This document shows, piece by piece, positions 1 through 13,639 of a stretch of DNA of 64,000 bases. Origin of the DNA: the human T2T-CHM13v2.0 reference genome, Homo sapiens. The position numbers and the translations under genes were made by a program. The DNA lies in assembly GCF_009914755.1 (NCBI RefSeq), contig NC_060925.1; one strand, written 5' to 3'. The notes under the pieces were generated by a model. It saw only the letters and a program-made list of their open reading frames with translations. It made no database searches and was not told the DNA's origin. Positions within the stretch are counted from its first letter, which is position 1. Every line of letters begins with the position of its first letter.

Positions 1-2350
1 ATCATCGAATGGACTTGAATGGAATCGTTGAATGGACTCGAATGGAATCATTATTGAATGGAATTGAATAGAATCATCGAATGGTCTCGAATGGAATCAT
101 TATCAAATGAAGTCGAATGGAATCACCGAATAGAATCGAATGGAACAATCATCGAATGGACTCAAATGGAATTATCCTCAAATGGAATCAAATGGATTTA
201 TCGAATGCAATCGAATGGAATTATCGAATGAAATCGAATAGAATCATCGAATGGACTCGAATGGAATCATCGAGTGGAATGCAATGGATTAATCCATGGA
301 CTCGAATTCAATCACCATCGAATACAATCGAATGGAGTCATCGAATCGACTCAAATGGAATAATCATTGAATGGAATCGAATGGAATCATCGAGTGGAAT
401 CGAATGGAATCATGATCAAATGGAATCGAATGTAATCATCATCAAATGGAATCAAAAATAAACATCATCAATTGGTATTGAATGGAATTGTCATCAAATG
501 GAATTCAAAGGAATCATCATCAAATGGAACCGAATGGAATCCTCATTGAATGGAAATGAAAGGAGTCATCATCTAATGGAATCGCATGGAATCATCATCA
601 AATGGAATCGAATGGAATCATCATCAAATGGAATCTAATGGAATCACTGAACGGAATTGAATGGAATCGTCTTCGAATGAATTGAATGCAATCAACGAAT
701 GGTCTCGAATGGAACCACCTCCAAATGGAATGGAATGGAATCATCGCATAGAATCGAATGGAATTATAATCGAATGGACTCGAATGGAATCAATATCAAA
801 CGGAATCAAACGGAATTATCGAATGGAATCGAAGAGAATCATCGAATGGACTCGAATGGAATCATCTAATGGAATGGAATGGAAGAATCCATGGTCTCGA
901 ATGCAATCATCATCGAATGGAATCGAATGGAATCATGGAATGGACTCGAATGGAATAATCATTGAATGGAATCGAATGGAATCATCATCGGATGGAAACG
1001 AATGGAATCATCAAATGGAATCAGATGGAATCATCATCAAATGGAATCGAATAGAATTATGGAATGAAATCCATTGTGATCATCATCGAATGGACTCGAA
1101 TGGAATCATCATCCAATGGAAACTAATGGAATCAACATCGAATGGAATCGAATGGAAACTCCATCGAATTGAAACGAATGGAATTATCATGAAATTGAAA
1201 TGGATGGACTCATCATCGAATGGATTCGAATGGAATCATCGAATGAAATTGATTGAAATCATCATCAAATGGAATCGAATGGAATCATTGAATGGAATCG
1301 AATGGAATCATCATCAGATGGAAATGAATGGAATCATCATAGAATGGAATCGAGTGGATTCATTGAATGGAATCAGATGGAATCATCGAATGGAGTTGAA
1401 TGGAATCATTGAATGGACTCGAATGGAATCATTATTGAATGGAATTGAATGGAATCATCGAATGGTCTCGAATGGAATCATTATCAAATGGAATCGAATG
1501 GAATCACCGAATAGAATCGAATGGAATAATCATCGAATGGACTCAAATGGAATTATCCTCAAATGGAATCGAATGGAATTATCGAATGCAATCGAATGGA
1601 ATAATCGAATGCAATCGAATAGAATCATCGAATGGACTTGAAAGGAATCATCGATTGAAATGGAATGGAATAGTCAATGAACTCGAATGGAATCATCATT
1701 GAATGGAATCATCGAGTGGAATCGAATGGAATCATGATCAAATGGAATCGAAAGTAATCATCATCAAATGGATTCAAAAATAACCATCATCAATTGGTAT
1801 TGAATGGAATTGTCATCAAACGGAATTCAAAGGAATCATCATCAAATGGAACCGAATGGAATCCTCATTGAATGGTAATGAAAGGAGTCATCATCCAATG
1901 GAATCGCATGGAATCATCATCAAATGGAATCGAATGGAATCATCATCAAATGGAATCTAATGGAATCATTGAACGGAATTGAATGGAATCGTCATCGAAT
2001 GAATTGAATGCAATCAACGAATGGTCTCGAATGGAACCACATCCAAATCGAATGGAATGGAATCATCGCATAGAATCGAATGGAATTATCATCGAATGGA
2101 CCCGAATGGAATCAACATCAAACGGAATCAAACGGAATTATCGAATGGAATCGAAGAGAATCATCGAACGGACCCGAATGGAATCATCTAATGGAATGGA
2201 ATGGAATAATCCATGGACTCGAATGCAATCATCATCGAATGGAATCGAATGGAATCATCGAATGGACTCGAATGGAATAATCATTGAACGGAAACGAATG
2301 GAATCATCATCGGTTGGAAATGAATGGAATCGTCATCGAATGGAATCGAA
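1..2350 (+). repeat. Divergent HSat2 variant domain with ~1.3-kb single-module units
   Basis: Module starts at 661 and 1983 are 1322 bp apart. Variants here differ from the rest of the window: AACCACCTCC/AACCACATCC, ATCAACGAATGGTCTC, GGAATCAAACGGAATT, CCATTGTGAT (CCAGTGTGAT elsewhere), and core end AAGGAGTC (AAGGGGTC elsewhere). Confidence 0.7.
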
Positions 2351-2422
2351 TAGAATTATGGAATGAAATCCAGTGTGATCATCATCGAATGGACCCGAAT
2401 GGACTCATCATCCAACGGAAGC

Positions 2423-2433
2423 TAATGGAATCA
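2423..2433 (+). promoter_or_regulatory. Representative DUX4-type motif TAATGGAATCA (typically two per core region)
   Basis: Matches the DUX4 consensus TAAYBBAATCA. It recurs as GCTAATGGAATCAAC and TCTAATGGAATCATT (e.g. 1958-1968). DUX4 binding of HSATII is established; binding at these particular sites is inferred. Confidence 0.4.
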
Positions 2434-3229
2434 ACATCGAATGAATCGAATGGAAACACCATCGAATTGAAACGAATGGAATTATCATGAAATTGAAATG
2501 GATGGACTCATCATCGAATGGATTCGAATGGAATCATCGAATAAAATTGATTGAATTCATCATCAAATGGAATCGAATGGTATCATTGAATGGAATCGAA
2601 TGGAATCATCATCAGACGGTAATGAATGGAATCGTCATAGAATGGAATCGAATGGATTCATTGAATGGAATCAGACGGAATCATCGACTGGACTGGAATG
2701 GAATCATTGAATGGACTCGAAAGGCATCATTATTGAATGGAATTGAATGGAATCATCGAATGGTCTCGATTGGAATCATTATCAAATGGAATCGAATGGA
2801 ATCACCGAATAGAATCGAATGGAACAATCATCGAATGGACTCAAATGGAATTATCCTCAAATGGAATCGAATGGAATTATCGAATGCAATCGAATGGAAT
2901 TATCGAATGCAATCGAATAGAATCATCGAATGGACTCGAATGGAATCATCGAATGGAATGGAATGGAACAGTCAATGAACTCGAATGGAATCATCATTGA
3001 ATGGAATCGAATGGAATCATCGAGCGGAATCGAATGAAATCATGATCAAATGGAATCAAATGTAATCATCATCAAATGGAATCAAAAATAACCATCATCA
3101 ATTTGTATTGAATGGAATTGTCATCAAAGGAATTCAAAGGAATCATCATCAAATGGAAGCGAATGGAATCCTCATTGAATGGAAATGAAAGGGGTCATCA
3201 TCTAATGGAATCGCATGGAACCATCATCA

Positions 3230-6170
3230 AATGGAATCGAATGGAATCATCCTCAAATGGAATCTAATGGAATCATGGAACAGAATTGAATGGAATCGTC
3301 ATCGAATGAATTGAATGCAATCATCGAATGGTCTCGAATGGAATCATCTTCTAATGGAAAGGCATGGCATCATCGCATAGAATCGAATGGAATTAACATT
3401 GAATAGACTCGAATGGAATCAACATCAAATGGAATCAATCGGAATTATCGAATGGCATCGAAGAGAATCATCGAATGGACTCGAATGGAATCATCTATTG
3501 GAATGGAATGGAATAATCCACGGACTCGAATGCAATCATCATCGTATAGAATCGAATGGAATCATCGAATGGACTCGAATGGAAAAATCATTGAACGGAA
3601 TCGAATGGAATCATCATCGGATGGAAACGAATGGAATCATCATCGAATGGAAATGAAAGGAGTCATCATCTAATGGAATTGCATGGAATCATCATAAAAT
3701 GCAATGGAATGGAATCAACATCAAATGGAATCAATAAACGGAATTGAATGGAATCGTCATCGAATGAATTGAATGCAATCATCGAATGGTCTCAAATGGA
3801 ATGATCTTCAAATGGAATGGAATGGAATCATCGCATAGAATCGAATGGAATTATCATCGAATGGAATCGAATGGTATCAACATCAAACGGAAAAAAACGG
3901 AATTATCGAATGGAATCGAAGAGAATCATCGAATGGACCTGAATGGAATCATGTAATGGAATGGAAGGGAATAATCCATGGACTCGAATGCAATCATCAT
4001 CGAATGGAATCGAAAGGAATCATCGAATGGAGTCGAATGGAATAATCATTGAACGGAATCGAATGGAATCATCATCGGATGGAAACGAATCGAATCATCA
4101 TCGAATGGAAATGAAAGGAGTCATCATCTAATGGAATTGCATGGAATCATCATAAAATGGAATCAAATGGAATCAACATCAAATGGAATCAAGTGGAATC
4201 ATTGAACGGAATTGAATGGAATCGTCATCGAATGAATTGAATGCAATCATCGAATGGTCTCGAATGGAATCATCTTCAAATGGAATGGAATGGAATCATC
4301 GCATAGAATCGAATGGAATTATCATCGAATGGAATCGAATGGAATCAACATCAAACGGAAAAAAACGGAATTATCAAATGGAATCGAAGAGAATCATCGA
4401 ATGGACCCGAATGGAATCATCTAATGGAATGGAATGGAATAATCCATGGACTCGAATGCAATCATCATCGAATGGAATCGAATGGAATCATCGAATGGAC
4501 TCGAATGGAATAATCATTGAACGGAATCGAATGGAATCATCATCGGATGGAAACGAATGGAATCATCATCGAATGGAAATGACAGGAGTGATCTAATGGA
4601 ATTGCATGGAATCATCATAAAATGGAATCGAATGGAATCATCATCAAATGGAATCAAATGGAATCATTGAACGGAATTGAATGGAATAGTCATCGAATGA
4701 ATTGAATGCAATCATCGAATGGTCTCGAATGGAATCATCTTCAAATGGAATGGAATGGAATCATCGCATAGAATCGAATGGAATTATCATCGAATGGAAT
4801 CGAATGGAATCAACATCAAACGGAAAAAAACGGAATTATCGAATGGAATCGAAGAGAATCATCGAATGGACCCGAATGGAATCATCTAATGGAATGGAAT
4901 GGAATTATCCATTGACTCGAATGCAATCATCATCGAATGGAATCGAATGGAATCATCGAATGGACTCGAATGGAATAATCATCGAACGGAAACGAATGGA
5001 ATCATCATCCGATGGAAAGGAATGGAATCATCATCGAATGGAATCGAATAGAATTATGGAATGAAATCCAGTGTGATCATCATCGAATGGACCTGAATGG
5101 AATCATCATCCAACGGAAGCTAATGGAATCAACATCGAATGAATCGAATGGAAACACCATCGAATTGAAACGAATGGAATTATCATGAAATTGAATTGGA
5201 TGGACACATCATCGAATGGATTCGAATGGAATCATCGAATAAAATTGATTGAAATCATCATCAAATGTAATCGAATGGTATCATTGAATGGAATCGAATG
5301 GAAACATCATCAGATGGAAATGAATGGAATCGTCATAGAATGGAATCGAATGGATTCATTGAATGGAATCAGATGGAATCATCGAATAGACTGGAATGGT
5401 ATCATTGAATGGACTCGAAAGGGATCATCATTGATTGGAATTGAATGGAATCATCGAATGGTCTCGATTCGAATCATTATCAAATGGAATCGAATGGAAT
5501 CACCGAATAGAATCGAATGGAACAATCATCCAATCAACTCAAATGGAATTATCCTCAAATGGAATCGAATGGAATTATCGAATGCAATCGAATGGAATTA
5601 TCGAATGCAATCGAATAGAATCATCGAATGGACTCGAATGGAATCATCGAATGGAATGGAATGGAACAGTCAATGAACTCGAATGGAATCATCACTGAAT
5701 GGAATCGAATGGAATCATCGAGTGGAATCGAATGGAATTATTATCAAATGGAATCGAATGTAATCATCATCAAATGGAATCAAAAATAACCATCATCAAT
5801 TGGTATTGAATGGAAATGTCATCAAATGGAATTCAAAGGAATCATCATCCAATGGAACCGAATGGAATCCTCATTAAATGGAAATGAAAGGGGTCATCAT
5901 CTAATGGAATCGCATGGAATCATCATCAAATGGAATCGAATGGAATCATCATGAAATGGAATCTAATGGAAACATTGAACAGAATTGAATGGAATCGTCA
6001 TCGAATGAATTGAATGCAATCATTGAACGGTCTCAAAGGGAATCATCTTCTAATGGAAAGGAATGGAATCGTCGCATAGAATCGAATGGAATTAACATTG
6101 AATGGACTCGAATGGAATCAACATCAAACGGAATCAAGCGGAATTATCGAATGGAATCGAAGAGAATCAT
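3230..6170 (+). repeat. Copy 1 of ~2.9-kb near-identical duplication (offset 10411)
   Basis: Identical ORF translations at 3387/13798, 4216/14627, 4702/15113 and 5185/15596. Shared rare variants are GGCATGGCAT, GACAGGAGTGATCT and CCAATCAACTC. Confidence 0.9.
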
Positions 6171-8200
6171 CGAATGGACTCGAATGGAATCATGTAATGG
6201 AATGGAATGGAATAATCCACGGACTCGAATGCAATCATCATCGTATACAATCGAATGGAATCATCGAATGGACTCGAATGGAATAATCATTGAACGGAAT
6301 CGAATGGAACCATCATCGGATGGAAACGAATGGAATCATCATCGAATGGAAAGGAAAGGAGTCATCATCTAATGGAATTGCATGGAATCATCATAAAATG
6401 GAATCGAATGGAATCAACATCAAATGGATTCAAATGGAATCATTGAGCGGAATTGAATGGAATCATCATCGAATGAATTGAATGCAATCATCGAATGGTC
6501 TCGAATGGAATCATCTTCAAATGGAATGGAATGGAATCATCGCATAGAATCGAATGGAATTATCATCGAATGGAATCGAATGGAATCAACATCAAACGGA
6601 AAAAAACGGAATTAGCGAATGGAATCGAAGAGAATCATCGAATGGACCCGAATTGAATCATCTAATGGAATGGAATGGAATAATCCATGGACTCGAATGC
6701 AATCATCATCGAATGGAATCGAATGGAATCATCGAATGGACTAGAATGGAATAATCATTGAACGGAATCGAATGGAATCATCATCGGATGGAAACGAATG
6801 GAATCATCATCGAATGGAAATGAAAGGAGTCATCATCAACTGGAATTGCATGGAATCATCATAAAATGGAATCGAATGGAATCAACATCAAGTGGAATCA
6901 AATGGAATCATTGAACGGAATTGAATGGAATCGTCATCGAATGAATTGAATGCAATCATCGAATGGTCTCGAATGGAATCATCTTCAAATGGAATAGAAT
7001 GGAATCATCGCATAGAATCGAATGGAATTATCATCGAATGGAATCGAATGCTATCAACATCAAACGGAAAAAAACGGAATTATCGAATGGAATCGAAGAG
7101 AATCATCGAACGGACCCGAATGGAATCATCTAATGGAATGGAATGGAATAATCCATGGACTCGAATGCAATCATCATCGAATGGAATGGAATGGAATCAT
7201 CGAATGGACTCAAATGGAATAATCATTGAACGGAATCGAATGGAATCATCATCGGATGGAAACGAATGGAATCATCATCGAATGGAAATGAAAGGAGTCA
7301 TCATCTAATGGAATTGCATGGAATCATCATAAAATGGAGTCGAATGGAATCAACATCAAATGGAATCAAATGGAATCATTGAACAGAATTGAATGGAATC
7401 GTCATCGAATGAATTGAATGCAATCATCGAACAGTCTCGAAGGGAATCATCTTCTAATGGAAAGGAATGGAATCATCGCATAGAATCGAATGGAATTAAC
7501 ATTGAATTGACTCGAATGGAATCAACATCAAACGGAATCAAGCGGAATTATCGAATGGAATCGAAGAGAATCATTGAATGGACTCGAATGGATTCATCTA
7601 ACGGAATGGAATGGAATAATCCACGGACTCGAATGCAATCATCATCGTATAGAATCGAATGGAATCATCGAATGGACTCGAATGGAATAATCATTGAACG
7701 GAATCAAATGGAATCATCATCGGATGGAAATGAAAGGAGTCATCATCTAATGGAATTGCATGGAAACATCATAAAATGGAATCGAATGGAATCAACATCA
7801 AATGGAATCAAATGGAATCATTGAACGGAATTGAATGGAATCGTCATCGAATGAATTGAATGCAATGATCGAATGGTCTCGAATGGAATCATCTTCAAAT
7901 GGAATGGAATGGAATCATCGCATAGAATCGAATGGAATTATCATCGAATTTAATCGAATGGTATCAACATCAAACGGAAAAAAACGGAATTATCGAATGG
8001 AATCGAAGAGAATCATCGAACGGACCTGAATGGAATCATCTAATGGAATGGAATGGAATAATCCATGGACTCGAATGGAATCATCATCGAATGGAATCGA
8101 ATGGAATCATCGAATGGACTCCAATGGAATAATCATTGAACGGAACCGAATGGAATCATCATCGGATGGAAACGAATGGAATCATCATCGAATGGAAATG
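6170..8200 (+). repeat. Module block present three times (also ~10260-12290 and ~17590-19270)
   Basis: Offsets are 4090 (6925/11015, 7393/11483, 7835/11925) and 11417 (6925/18342, 7393/18810). Shared variants are ATTAGCGAAT, GGACTAGAAT, CATCAACTGG, GAATGCTATC and a 26-bp deletion. Confidence 0.88.
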
Positions 8201-11200
8201 AAAGGAGTCATCATCTGATGGAATTGCATGGAATCATCATAAAATGGAATCGAATGGAATCAACATCAAATGGAATCAAATGGAATCATTGAGCGGAATT
8301 GAATGGAATAGTCATCGAATGAATTGAATGCAATCATCGAATGGTCTCGAATGGAATCATCTTCAAATGGAATGGAATGGAATCATCGCATAAAATCGAA
8401 TGGAATTAACATTGAATGGACTCGAATGGAATCAACATCAAACGGAATCAAGCGGAATTATCGAATGGAATCGAAGAGAATCATCGAATGGACTCGAATG
8501 GAATCATCTATTGGAATGGAATGGAATAATCCACGGACTCGAATGCAATCATCATCGTATAGAATCGAATGGAATCATCGAATGGACTCGAATGGAAAAA
8601 TCATTGAACGGAATCGAATGGAATCATCATCGGATGGAAACGAATGGAATCATCATCGAATGGAAATGAAAGGAGTCATCATCTAATGGAATTGCATTCA
8701 ATCATCATAAAATGCAATCGAATGGAATCAACATCAAATGGAATCAAATGGAATCATTGAACGGAATTGAATGGAATCGTCATCGAATGAATTGAATGCA
8801 ATCATCGAATGGTCTCAAATGGAATGATCTTCAAATGGAATGGAATGGAATCATCGCATAGAATCGAATGGAATTATCATCGAATGGAATCGAATGGCAT
8901 CAACATCAAACGGAAAAAAACGGAATTATCGAATGGAATCGAAGAGAATCATCGAATGGACCCGAATGGAATCATCTAATGGAATAGAATAGAATAATCC
9001 ATGGACTCGAATGCAATCATCATCGAATGGAATCGAATGGAATCATCGAATGGACTCGAATGGAATAATCATTGAACGGAATCGAATGGAATCATCATCG
9101 GATGGAAACGAATGGAATCATCATCGAATGGAATCGAATAGTATTATGGAATGAAATCCAGTGTGATGATCATCGAATGGACCCGAATGGACTCATCATC
9201 CAACGGAAGCTAATGGAATCAACATTGAATGAATCGAATGGAAGCACCATCGTATTGAAACGAATGGAATTATCATGAAATTGAAATGGATGGACTCATC
9301 ATCGAATGGATTCGAATGGAATGATCGAATAAAATTGATTGAAATCATCATCAAATGTAATCGAATGGTATCATTGAATGGAATCGAATGGAATCATCAT
9401 CAGATGGAAATGAATGGAATCGTCATAGAATGGAATCGAATGGATTCATTGAATGGAATCAGATGGAATCATCGAATGGACTGGAATGGAATCATTGAAT
9501 GGACTCGAAAGGGATCATTATTGAATGGAATTGAATGGAATCATCGAATGGTCTCGATTGGAATCATTATCAAATGGAATCGAATGGAATCACCGAATAG
9601 AATCGAATGGAACAATCATCGAATGGACTCAAATGGAATTATCCTCAAATGGAATCGAATGGAATTATGGAATGCAATCGAATGGAATTATCGAATGCAA
9701 TCCAATAGAATCATCGAATGGACTCGAATGGAATCATCGAATGGAATGGAATGGAACAGTCAATGAACTCGAATGGAGTCAACATTGAATGGAATCGAAT
9801 GGAATCATCGAGTGGAATCGAATGGAATTATGATCAAATGGAATCGAATGTAATCATCATCAAATGGAATCAAAAATAACCATCATCAATTGTTATTGAA
9901 TGGAATTGTCATCAAATGGAATTCAAAGGAATCATCATCAAATGGAACCGAATGGAATCCTCATTGAATGGAAATGAAAGGGGTCATCATCTAATGAAAT
10001 CACATGGAATCATCATCAAATGGAATCGAATGGAATCATCATCAAATGGAATCTAATGGAATCATTGAACAGAATTGAATGGAATCGTCATCGAATGAAT
10101 TGAATGCAATCATCGAATGGTGTCGAATGGAATCATCTTCTAATGGAAAGGAATGGAATCATCGCATAGAATCGAATGGAATTAACATTGAATGGACTCG
10201 AATGGAATCAACATCAAACGGAATCAAGCGGAATTATCGAATGGAATCGAAGAGAATCATCGAATGGACTCGAATGGAATCAGGTAATGGAATGGAATGG
10301 AATAATCCACGGACTCGAATGCAATCATCATCGTATAGAATCGAATGGAATCATCGAATGGACTCGAATGGAATAATCATTGAACGGAATCGAATGGAAC
10401 CATCATCGGATGGAAACGAATGGAATCATCATCGAATGGAAAGGAAAGGAGTCATCATCTAATGGAATTGCATGGAATCATCATAAAATGGAATCGAATG
10501 GAATCAACATCAAATGGATTCAAATGGAATCATTGAGCGGAATTGAATGGAATCGTCATCGAATGAATTGAATGCAATCATCGAATGGTCTCGAATGGAA
10601 TCATCTTCTAATGGAATGGAATGGAATCATCGCATAGAATCGAATGGAATTATCATCGAATGGAATCGAATGGAATCAACATCAAACGGAAAAAAACGGA
10701 ATTAGCGAATGGAATCGAAGAGAATCATCGAATGGACCCAAATGGAATCATCTAATGGAATGGAATGGAATAATCCATGGACTCGAATGCAATCATCATC
10801 GAATGGAATCGAATGGAATCATCGAATGGACTAGAATGGAATAATCATTGAACGGAATCGAATGGAATCATCATCGGATGGAAACGAATGGAATCATCAT
10901 CGAATGGAAATGAAAGGAGTCATCATCAACTGGAATTGCATGGAATCATCATAAAATGGAATCGAATGGAATCAACATCAAGTGGAATCAAATGGAATCA
11001 TTGAACGGAATTGAATGGAATCGTCATCGAATGAATTGAATGCAATCATCGAATGGTCTCGAATGGAATCATCTTCAAATGGAATAGAATGGAATCATCG
11101 CATAGAATCGAATGGAATTATCATCGAATGGAATCGAATGCTATCAACATCAAACGGAAAAAAACGGAATTATCGAATGGAATCGAAGAGAATCATCGAA

Positions 11201-13639
11201 CGGTCCCGAATGGAATCATCTAATGGAATGGAATGGAATAATCCATGGACTCGAATGCAATCATCATCGAATGGAATGGAATGGAATCATCGAATGGACT
11301 CGAATGGAATAATCATTGAACGGAATCGAATGGAATCATCATCGGATGGAAACGAATGGAATCATCATCGAATGGAAGTGAAAGGAGTCATCATCTAATG
11401 GAATTGCATGGAATCATCATAAAATGGAGTCGAATGGAATCAACATCAAATGGAATCAAATGGAATCATTGAACAGAATTGAATGGAATCGTCATCGAAT
11501 GAATTGAATGCAATCATCGAACGGTCTCGAAGGGAATCATCTTCTAATGGAAAGGAATGGAATCATCGCATAGAATCGAATGGAATTAACATTGAATTGA
11601 CTCGAATGGAATCAACATCAAACGGAATCAAGCGGAATTATCGAATGGAATCGAAGAGAATCATCGAATGGACTCGAATGGATTCATCTAACGGAATGGA
11701 ATGGAATAATCCACGGACTCGAATGCAATCATCATCGTATAGAATCGAATGGAATCATCGAATGGACTCGAATGGAATAATCATTGAACGGAATCGAATG
11801 GAATCATCATCGGATGGAAATGAAAGGAGTCATCATCTAATGGAATTGCATGGAAACATCATAAAATGGAATCGAATGGAATCAACATCAAATGGAATCA
11901 AATGGAATCATTGAACGGAATTGAATGGAATCGTCATCGAATGAATTGAATGCAATGATCGAATGGTCTCGAATGGAATCATCTTCAAATGGAATGGAAT
12001 GGAATCATCGCAGAGAATCGAATGGAATTATCATCGAATTTAATCGAATGGTATCAACATCAAACGGAAAAAAACGGAAATATCGAATGGAATCGAAGAG
12101 AATCATCGAACGGACCTGAATGGAATCATCTAATGGAATGGAATGGAATAATCCATGGACTCGAATGGAATCATCATCGAATGGAATCGAATGGAATCAT
12201 CGAATGGACTCGAATGGAATAATCATTGAACGGAACCGAATGGAATCATCATCGGATGGAAACGAATGGAATCATCATCGAATGGAAGTGAAAGGAGTCA
12301 TCATCTAATGGAAATGCATGGAATCATCATAAAATGGAATCGAATGGAATCAACATCAAATGGAATCAAATGGAATCATTGAACGGAATTGAATGGAATC
12401 GTCATCGAATGAATTGAATGCAATCATCGAATGGTCTCCAATCGAATCATCTTCAAATGCAATGGAATGGAATCATCGCATAGAATCGAATGGAATTATC
12501 ATCGAATGGAATCGAATGGAATCAACATCAAAAGGAAAAAAACGGAATTATCGAATGGAATCGAAGAGAATCATCGAATGGACCCGAATGGAATCATCTA
12601 ATGGAATGGAATGGAATAATCCATGGACTCGAATGCAATCATCATCGAATGGAATCGAATGGAGTCATCGAATGGACTCGAATGGAATAATCATTGAACG
12701 GAATCGAATGGAATCATCATCGGATGGGAATGAATGGAATCATCCTCGAATGGAATCGAATAGAATTATGGAATGAAATCCAGTGTGATCATCATCGAAT
12801 GGACCCGAATGGAATCATCATCCAACGGAAGCTAATGGAATCAACATGGAATGAATCGAATGGAAACACCATCGAATTGAAACGAATGGAATTATCATGA
12901 AATTGAAATGGATGGACTCATCATCGAATGGATTCGAATGGAATGATCGAATAAAATTGATTGAAATCATCATCAAATGGAATCGAATGGTATCATTGAA
13001 TGGAATCCAATGGAATCATCATCAGATGGAAATGAATGGAATCGTCATAGAATGGAATCTAATTGATTCATTGAATGGAATCACATGGAATCATCGAATG
13101 GACTGGAATGGAATCATTGAATGGACTCGAAAGGGATCATTATTGAATGGAATTGAATGGAATCATCAAATGGTCTCGATAGGAATCATTATCAAATGCA
13201 ATCGAATGGAATCACCGAATAGAATCGAATGGAACAATCATCGAATGGACTCAAATGGAATTATCCTCAAATGGAATCGAATGGAATTATCGAATGCAAT
13301 CGAATGGAATTATCGAATGCAATCGAATAGAATCATCGAATGGACTCGAATGGAATCATCGAATGGAATGGAATGGAACAGTCAATGAACTCGAATGGAA
13401 TCATCATTGAATGGAATCGAATGGAATCAACGAGTGGAATCCAATGGAATTATGATCAAATGGAATCGAATGTAATCATCATCAAATGGAATCAAAAATA
13501 ACCATCATCAATTGGTATTGAATGGAATTGTCATCAAATGGAATTCAAAGGAATCATCATCAAATGGAACCGAATGGAATCCTCATTGAATGGAAATGAA
13601 AGGGGTCATCATCTAATGGAATCGCATGGAATCATCATC

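Noticed and set aside
661-1641. Longest ORF (326 aa) as a protein-coding gene
   Set aside because: It is a translation of satellite pentamers (MEWNG/IIEWN). Local indels simply put module and core in one frame. There is no recognisable domain or gene context.
3888-3900. GGAAAAAAACGG as a retrotransposon poly(A) remnant or terminator
   Set aside because: It is only A7 and a fixed variant of module B (homologous to GGAATCAAGCGG). There is no target-site duplication or element body.
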